The notes under the pieces: model-generated
Told to the model about the DNA's origin: nothing
The model's input: the letters and a program-made list of their open reading frames with translations, nothing else
Database searches by the model: none
Position numbers and translations under genes: made by a program
Part shown: positions 59,101 through 64,000 of the stretch, piece by piece
How positions within the stretch are numbered: the stretch's first letter is position 1
Layout of the letters: each line of letters opens with the position of its first letter
Origin: an uncultured Pseudomonadales bacterium
GTDB taxonomy: Bacteria > Patescibacteriota > Microgenomatia > UBA1400 > MFAQ01
NCBI GenBank assembly: GCA_964487665.1
Contig: CAZARR010000001.1
Location: 19,982-83,981, forward strand
Length of the DNA: 64,000 bases
Reading direction: 5' to 3'

Positions 59101-62100
59101 ATGTGTCCTGTTACGCTTACGTAAGGCATTGACCAATATCTTCTGCGGCTCACCATGCTCGCACCAATGCGCTATCACTGCCTTATCGAACTCCTCGTAT
59201 AAAGCATAGTATCCTGTCTCGTATAGGTCGTCTTGCGCTGTGCTATCTAATAGCCCTCTATACATCTCCTCTACACGCGGGTGGTGGAACAGCCATAGGT
59301 TAGACACCATACCTTGCTGTAATGCTACTGCGCTGACCTGCATCTGCGTGTCAGGGTTGATAAGGATAGCAGCAAGGGCGTCACCCTGCTGTGCTACAGC
59401 ATCGACGTAGTTGGTCATGCTCGACACGCTACCACCGCCGATAGGCACCTGCAATGCTATATCCTTGCGTACCCACTCGAAGCCCTCCTGCATTGAGCGA
59501 TGTCTGAACTCGTCCTCCAACGATGCGCGTATCATCTCCTGCCGCTTGGTGTCTGACGGCAGTCCAAGTATAGATGCTATGTTATCGTCGAGCCACTGCG
59601 CTGTCTCACTCGGCTCTACTCCTGCCTCGTTATAGGCAGCTATCACCTTCATGATATCCTGCACGCTAAGACCTGTCAGTGAGCGCAACGACCGTATCAG
59701 CTTATATTGCTCATGCGGGCTGTTAGGCACTCCTTGGTTCAACCCGGCAAGGTCTTGTACACGACGTAGCCACTCGCCACTAAGCGACTCTATAGCAAGA
59801 AGGCTCAACGTCTCGACATGCAACGGCGATGAACGCTTGGCATTATACTCTATGCTATTGATGGCACGACCATAGCTGCCGAGCTTCTGATATACCTTAT
59901 ATAGCGCATCACGCATATCGGACTGCGATGATAGCACGTTCTGTATGAACTGTAACGCCTCGCTATCCTTTAGCATCTCCGCCTGCCCTGTCTCAAGCAT
60001 CTCCTTGACCTGCTGTAACGATATATCCTCTCCTATCTCACCACTATCAAGCATGACGTTATATGCTGCCTCGATGCGCTTATCTATCGAGCCATGCACA
60101 CGAGCAGAGGTGCCACTAAGCCCTCTCCATTCTACCTTCTGACCGTTGCGTACCATCTCGGCTATGTTGACCCACATAGATACATCTTGGTTAGGGCTTA
60201 TAGACAGCACCATGTTGATATAAGCCTCGATAGCAGATAGTAGCTCCGCCTGACGTGATGCCATACGCTGCTGTCCCTCTAATAGCCTATCACGACTGTT
60301 GTTGCGGTCTTCCGTTATGCGTGATAGCTTAGAGTGTACAACGGCATACATCGACGAGCCACCTTCTGTCTTGATGAGTACGCTCTTACGTCGCTCTATC
60401 TCACGTGCCACCTCCTGCACTGTATCGCTCTGGTATAGTACTGCTATCTGACGTGCCACCTTGGTCTTACGAACAGCATCGCTATCTGATGGAAGAACGA
60501 CAAGTGAGGCACGATGCTCATCGCTGCGTTGCTCCACATCGAACAGATGCTCATAGTGTCTATCCATCCAGTTGTTAAGCATCTCTGGCTGTGATACTGC
60601 CGCTAAGATGCTATTGCCATTCTCGAACGATGCGCCAAGGACACCAAGTACGTTCTCCTTCATGTTATCCGTACCAAGGTTCACAAGGGTCTCGATGAGA
60701 GAAGGGAGCGTAGCATAGTTATCCGGTGTACGCCACATCACCGGTATGGCATTACCATCGCTGCCTATCATGCTTCTGTTGAGTACGCGACCATCAATAG
60801 TAGCAGCACGGTATAGCATTGTTAGTACCTTCTGACCATTGGCGAACGTACCAACGAGGTCTCCCTTGAAGTTGCTATCACGCACCTCCTTACTATTAGT
60901 CATGCTGTTAGGCATCACATAGCCCTGTAAGATATGATGCGCCGACTCCTTGGCAAGGTCGCGCCAGTCGTCAAGCTCGATAGGCTGCTGTAGCTGCATC
61001 GCCACTTCGGGGTCGTCCCATAGTGCTACGGCATCATTGAACAGCAACCGTTTGTTATCGAAGGCAATGTCATCAATAGGCTTACCAAGCACGCTGCTCG
61101 TCTGCGGCATATACGATACAGTCACCTCGTCCGCGTCATGGTCTTGACCTGATATGATATTCTGTAAGCCATTGCCATATATCAGTGAGCCGGCACTCGG
61201 TGGTAGGAAGCCGACGACACGATAGCGAGCAGCACTACCAGGTCCCGATGGTGTACGGACGCCGAACATCTCGCGCATGCTATATGTACCCATGATAGCA
61301 TCAGTCATACTCTCTATCCACTGCTCTACTGTTATACCTGTCGTCTGCTTGAGGTACTTATCCAATAGACCACGCACCTGTATCTCTTTGCCATTGGTGT
61401 CTATGAATGAGTAGCCATTGATGATAACACTGTTTATCTTGTTTATCATCTTATCGTCCATCTTAGACCATAGCACCTTACCGTCCTTGTCGTAGTAGTC
61501 GTCAATGACATAGCTACCACCTGCCGTATTCAATGATGCGACAGATGCTTTGATAGCATTATTGATGGAGCGTGTAAGACGTGCATTCGCTCCTGTGTAC
61601 TCATCGACGAGTAGCTTCTCTACCGCCTTGCTTGCATCGCCGAGCCAGTGGTTCAGTAGCTTATTGTTAGCCAATAGCTTCTCTGCTGTGCTTGTATCAA
61701 TAGCTATCTCATCGCCAACAGGGATAAGGAACGGCAGTATGTTATTGATGTTATCCGATATGAGCTTGTCTATGTTCTTACGAGGCTCATCACCTCTTAT
61801 CATATCTTCTATCTTCACATCATTGCCGTTCTCGTCATACCAACGTGTGATATGATGTGGCTGTAGCCATACTGGTAGGTTGTACTTATCGCCGACAGGG
61901 TTAGGAACGAACACCTCACCATCTACCATAGCGATGAGATGCTTCATGCCATTGTTATAGGCATACTCGACGGTCTTCTGTTGCGCCCACTTGCGAGCAT
62001 TACGATTGCCCGCCATAGTGTACTGCTGCAATGCACCATCATAGACTGCATTCAACGTATCACGCTGCTGCTGTGTCATGGTGTCATCAGACCATGCTAT

Positions 62101-63966
62101 ATCCATACCGAAGGCACGTAGCTTACGACGTACAAAGGCGTTCTGTACGTTACCGCCAATACGCTTGGTATCATATACCTGCTCATCGGTCATCTCTGTC
62201 CCTTGTGGTACAACGTTGGACTGCACGATATAGCTATCGCCCTCGCTATCATACACCTCTACTACGTCGAGTACGCTGCCCGGTGATACGGTAAGGCGCA
62301 TAGCAGGTAGCTCCTGCTTTAGTATCTCCTTGCGTATCCATGCCGAGATAAGCTGCATGGTACGAATGCGAGTACCGGTGAAGTCCTGCTTTACACCCGG
62401 CTCACGGATAAGGACAGATAACATACTCGTGTCCTCGTTGTTAGCCATAGCCTCCGACATGAGACGCTTCAACGTATCACTCATGGTGCCGTCCTTAGCC
62501 TTCTCCTCTACCGCCTTCACTATCTCGTAAGGTGTCATCATAGGAACACCATATACCTCACCGCCTAATACCTTATGTGCGAAGGTACGCATGCCATCGA
62601 GATAGACGGCAGCCCAGCTATCGGTGAAGTTACGGACGAGACCCTTAGCGTTATCGCTCTTGACAGGCAATGCCATGAAGATAGACGACATCTGCACGAA
62701 TGGAGCAGCAGTGGCATCATCGGTGCGCTTGTTGCTATCCAACTGGAACCGTAGCTGTGCGTTATCCAATGTATGTGTAAGCTGCTCGAATGGCATACGA
62801 CCCTTGGCGTTGCTGCGTATGACCTCCAATATATCCAAGTCGGAAGCACCGTCCTGTTTCATAACAGATAGAGCCTCCATATTGATACCGGAGCCATTGA
62901 CAGCCATTGTATATCCTTCTCCATAGCTATTGAATGCCATATAGCTACCGTCGTCCATCTGCACCGATGCTCTCTTCTGTTGTACTCCAAGAGCAGTAGT
63001 GTCTTCATCGGGAAGGAATGATATGTTGACTACGTTATTCTCGTTCTTCTGCGTACCTGATAGTATGTCGATGATAGGATAGTGCGTATCGAAGTCATCA
63101 CCCATAGCAGCCTTTGTCTCGATATGCCATTGCACCATCTTACTCTCCGCATCTTCCAAGCGTAGTAGCTCCTCCGTCTCTGTCGATGTGTTATAGAACT
63201 CCAACCACTTATCATATACCGACGTAGCAGGTAGTATGCCATAGTGCTGCACCTCTCGCAATGGTCGCCCCATAGGGTTATGCATCATCTCGAACCATCG
63301 CATCATCATCTTACTATTGAGTAGCTGATGAGCAGATAGCGGATAGTCCTCGTCCTTGTCCTGCTTGGTGTTGTCGTTTACTATGTCGTACTCATTGTTC
63401 AAGGTCTTCTGACCTGCTTGTATGTTATGCACACCGGCAGCACCACCGAAGCTACTATGCATACGAGCAACGTAGATAGGAGAGGTGAAGCGTGCACCAT
63501 CGCGTATGTCGATATCGTCTTCCTTGATACCACCAACGGTAAACCACACATGGTCATCTTTCAGTGGCATGACAGGCAACACATTGGCATAGCGACCAAT
63601 GCCATAGATACCACCAACGATAGGCTTATGTCCTGTACCAAGTGCTGGGCGTGAACGCTTACTCGGCGCCATAACGATATCGGCGAATGCTGTGTTACCG
63701 AATGATGTGCGTATGTTCTGCTGCGGCTTGAGCATAGTGCCGGTATCACCCTGTATGAGCGACAGCGTAGCATCATTGAATAGCTGATGTGCTATTAGTG
63801 CGCCAAGCCATAGGCGACCATCGCTGTTGAGGTTGAGGTCTTCACCTTTCTCGTTCTTCTCGTTAGCCTTATAGCCATATAGCCTGTGCTTACGCATGAG
63901 GTCCTGCTGACCACGAGCGAAGAGGCTCTGCAATAGCTCGTACTGGCTGTTACGGTCAAGGCGCAT
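53119..63966 (-). CDS. Giant multidomain protein of at least 3615 aa, likely virion- or ejection-associated, containing a HEWGH zincin-like motif
   Basis: Uninterrupted ORF. The reading frame stays open upstream of the first ATG to the window edge at 64000, so the true start may lie outside. It heads the tail-fibre and endolysin operon. Contains LHEWGHLWSAAM. Confidence 0.6.
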   Translation of the reverse strand: MRLDRNSQYELLQSLFARGQQDLMRKHRLYGYKANEKNEKGEDLNLNSDGRLWLGALIAHQLFNDATLSLIQGDTGTMLKPQQNIRTSFGNTAFADIVMAPSKRSRPALGTGHKPIVGGIYGIGRYANVLPVMPLKDDHVWFTVGGIKEDDIDIRDGARFTSPIYVARMHSSFGGAAGVHNIQAGQKTLNNEYDIVNDNTKQDKDEDYPLSAHQLLNSKMMMRWFEMMHNPMGRPLREVQHYGILPATSVYDKWLEFYNTSTETEELLRLEDAESKMVQWHIETKAAMGDDFDTHYPIIDILSGTQKNENNVVNISFLPDEDTTALGVQQKRASVQMDDGSYMAFNSYGEGYTMAVNGSGINMEALSVMKQDGASDLDILEVIRSNAKGRMPFEQLTHTLDNAQLRFQLDSNKRTDDATAAPFVQMSSIFMALPVKSDNAKGLVRNFTDSWAAVYLDGMRTFAHKVLGGEVYGVPMMTPYEIVKAVEEKAKDGTMSDTLKRLMSEAMANNEDTSMLSVLIREPGVKQDFTGTRIRTMQLISAWIRKEILKQELPAMRLTVSPGSVLDVVEVYDSEGDSYIVQSNVVPQGTEMTDEQVYDTKRIGGNVQNAFVRRKLRAFGMDIAWSDDTMTQQQRDTLNAVYDGALQQYTMAGNRNARKWAQQKTVEYAYNNGMKHLIAMVDGEVFVPNPVGDKYNLPVWLQPHHITRWYDENGNDVKIEDMIRGDEPRKNIDKLISDNINNILPFLIPVGDEIAIDTSTAEKLLANNKLLNHWLGDASKAVEKLLVDEYTGANARLTRSINNAIKASVASLNTAGGSYVIDDYYDKDGKVLWSKMDDKMINKINSVIINGYSFIDTNGKEIQVRGLLDKYLKQTTGITVEQWIESMTDAIMGTYSMREMFGVRTPSGPGSAARYRVVGFLPPSAGSLIYGNGLQNIISGQDHDADEVTVSYMPQTSSVLGKPIDDIAFDNKRLLFNDAVALWDDPEVAMQLQQPIELDDWRDLAKESAHHILQGYVMPNSMTNSKEVRDSNFKGDLVGTFANGQKVLTMLYRAATIDGRVLNRSMIGSDGNAIPVMWRTPDNYATLPSLIETLVNLGTDNMKENVLGVLGASFENGNSILAAVSQPEMLNNWMDRHYEHLFDVEQRSDEHRASLVVLPSDSDAVRKTKVARQIAVLYQSDTVQEVAREIERRKSVLIKTEGGSSMYAVVHSKLSRITEDRNNSRDRLLEGQQRMASRQAELLSAIEAYINMVLSISPNQDVSMWVNIAEMVRNGQKVEWRGLSGTSARVHGSIDKRIEAAYNVMLDSGEIGEDISLQQVKEMLETGQAEMLKDSEALQFIQNVLSSQSDMRDALYKVYQKLGSYGRAINSIEYNAKRSSPLHVETLSLLAIESLSGEWLRRVQDLAGLNQGVPNSPHEQYKLIRSLRSLTGLSVQDIMKVIAAYNEAGVEPSETAQWLDDNIASILGLPSDTKRQEMIRASLEDEFRHRSMQEGFEWVRKDIALQVPIGGGSVSSMTNYVDAVAQQGDALAAILINPDTQMQVSAVALQQGMVSNLWLFHHPRVEEMYRGLLDSTAQDDLYETGYYALYEEFDKAVIAHWCEHGEPQKILVNALRKRNRTHNGVPYIQLHDNKYYNIDLRTAPGRNRAIVDLAALLATEVRNAKARTGSLDWTGLPEVQFLLQEMEIIPQGGTEHITLARLAEYDDVMMQRLRTGFANIPSDLRDLFELYQVLRFGFEYRRKGGLAKVITPKLHKAYSRHIDTMLNPVVQDNTKELPALLRNFFTQVLDHTNVPLMRFDSKGVAQGERMPPIGANGPASDYATNIYIAGKRIKVHANLRNASNLSWSRYGGIGAIRVGVFDSSPLSVTSLPTVGGLTVEALWRSTRDGEPAFEVQPGRERISSMNEYYAHRESIKRRWREQTITLDRQAFIASEEDRLLQIYRAAILSTTEPRAIASLMEMVNSQRTGKQVRLRDDSSYGNVADYLVRWVHAAKESIGKMSAADASQWSKVRDMLSGIEHATVRSGSGLIGDIEMWTTKVGISETSYSSDDSYARLRVNPKGTETMLADIAEQTGQSVDTLRTIFNGVIQQYANGDIAGVIAALNSGVAKAWLDKQTDKEAAIHGVMYHGRTQWREVRLDATQMASHLNDGKGTIRRVTGHPYKTGDVLHMADGSIAIVTGVSDSYMNKREELVYRNASYTIVRSTLNQRTSVMQGEDMLQSLVSLLGSNMIYGSEFDNKPIQTVWVDDYDTPAHIETGADGTPIVYLSRQLADSGAVLHEWGHLWSAAMINDPQWSRWIDALRETPLWRIVEELHPGADDMTLQLEAMAYLIQTGHYYGQGIVSMGLKREVQQGVEAMIGMSLNDAIRQTLGKAIEGDTTIVNMASTLGELSERIEQVLKGANTMITPVMWSIMPKTLRTQATAAVRGMTMSNIDDVFVRRDGSTDPVRAKLMRSAMNSYRSGHKLWTTPTGKVIAWEHQNGKRYTEDEVRATVATLESSVKAMVRPVDGLAAWLNALTNTDSDTMYTAAATNWKDWSLYSKEETKELRTQQLRTWIKAIGFRPGLDKAIVGDEIVKLGVPAAAVTDESMVVVKDADTPMERYEVWMVTGEYLSANNHSLSKVLVRSGRDRSGIRLDNSMGSRLALKGAVIGMALMKATGKRTTSVNASSWDASKMQHRLMTDLLGQVQRIIMDDPFIMERLEGGVFSIMEDKSLLDAERYMGNVLDNVLAYSQTLHSRMEGNSVTWLDKMMETAQKAQQGDVEMMDILEQLVYNRLSWLRSTVHDGDRDSIAKDDEYIMLSDWYRQLRTRRYNPMTIGLEAFDEKWIRDSSRWSNPIKVWVRDSIEQGLRSVRTTITPHIEWMQSKTKELNNKHKKLGILGGAHKLFMPMFKKVQALDANGKSITVSIHALHTDLNDADTIKALNDPNSGLTREMVLLGKEIHQRLVDELAQYLYITDGTVRYKEESERKRLSKEKAEKLLKGGMLPAMPRRAEAALEQGQMSDYVRLTVDNLMNIESPSESFYDPDTGVDKPNIYSLLWQQFDEDVLYGGKQRMKLLGISVDEDGTLRVDGDAEAAMQRNLSYNVQDIYNFTINQSARARLLSRAAKDAQIALDIIRSLRERGVDSRDLEDVVRVYADRTLFGKLPDSIKLKLMGAMVEVDKVVGVAQKAVYSIGLAFAPLVAVKNMVSNASKVLLGSVMNAVSGSGLFGTSAVARATSELTTQSAKVEAINRLLHTTGRSERDLLNHLRYNATQGNALNNDTGMIGMWYGEYYTKLLGMTAQLIEEGIYDAFDMVDGKLVYDQTKDKRFYKDGVLTDNGKLLLEDTLHRQKREGITAKDSDTLAAPYDTKEMHRIRAIVERFAGEMTDPTMKSHLQGFGLGRAALTMRSYMLNLLQTWYRPSDEEDLLGGKTVVNGKVVWVGRPVEGIVQTIGAMFKAVRDMRSGKKIEWNSWRTRNVLLLILHGAVVGIGMAVLQALLDDDEEKEDSMGEETVRYVFVEGLREQLAAGYPLSMYNDVKSKPNAILSMLGGTVSNVWETVLLPYRLGFEQDIVNKDGTISKRDKDAKEYIGDVADGWASSFSGTYRNTKMLYEDLIIGERGADGKWDNEY

Positions 63967-64000
63967 ATAGTCAGCATCGCTTGGCTCTACACCATTGCTA

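Noticed and set aside
53119-63966. Calling the giant ORF an N4-like virion RNA polymerase
   Set aside because: The size (about 3600 aa) and a position consistent with a late gene are suggestive. I could not identify the T7-like motifs A, B or C by eye, and the expected N4 early and middle genes (RNAPII, DNA polymerase) are not recognisable. The call is left open.
1-64000. Integrated prophage boundaries, att sites, integrase or transposase
   Set aside because: No tyrosine or serine recombinase, transposase motifs or host-like flanking genes are visible. The whole window is phage-like, so no mobile-element boundaries can be called.

Overview
This window looks like most of a tailed dsDNA phage genome. 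It is gene-dense, and many starts carry strong Shine-Dalgarno sites (AAGGAGG).

There are three transcription blocks.

- Minus block A (139-15428): a head-morphogenesis run downstream of tail genes. In the transcribed (minus-strand) direction the order is TerL, portal, an acidic scaffold-like protein, and a partial ORF at the window start. Upstream lie a beta-helix tailspike-like gene, a tail-fibre-like gene, a patatin-like phospholipase, a multi-pass membrane protein, a RusA-like resolvase, and a compositionally distinct module of small Trp-rich and membrane proteins.
- Plus block (15763-49045): about 50 small to medium genes, mostly translationally coupled. Recognisable products are a Rad52-family annealing protein, an SSB-like protein with a DEDLPF tail, a RadC/JAB-like protein and a membrane-anchored glucosaminidase-like hydrolase. 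There is also a three-member paralogous family with a triplet-repeat-encoded Ala/Tyr/Asp insert, and a GC/GT-rich sub-region (about 16.1-26.1 kb) holding a 1247-aa orphan protein.
- Minus block B (49126-63966 and probably beyond): an amidase_2 endolysin, a tail fibre with a collar domain and His-boxes, two overlapping tail-fibre-like ORFs joined at a poly-G tract, and a giant ORF of at least 3615 aa with a HEWGH zincin-like motif.

The ORF-poor stretches are 16.1-17.7 kb, 18.4-18.9 kb, 20.8-21.2 kb and 24.9-25.1 kb. They carry tRNA-like T-arm elements and a 30-nt motif conserved three times. I found no integrase, transposase, CRISPR array or reverse transcriptase.

All functional calls rest on motifs I recognised by eye. 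Nothing was searched against a database.
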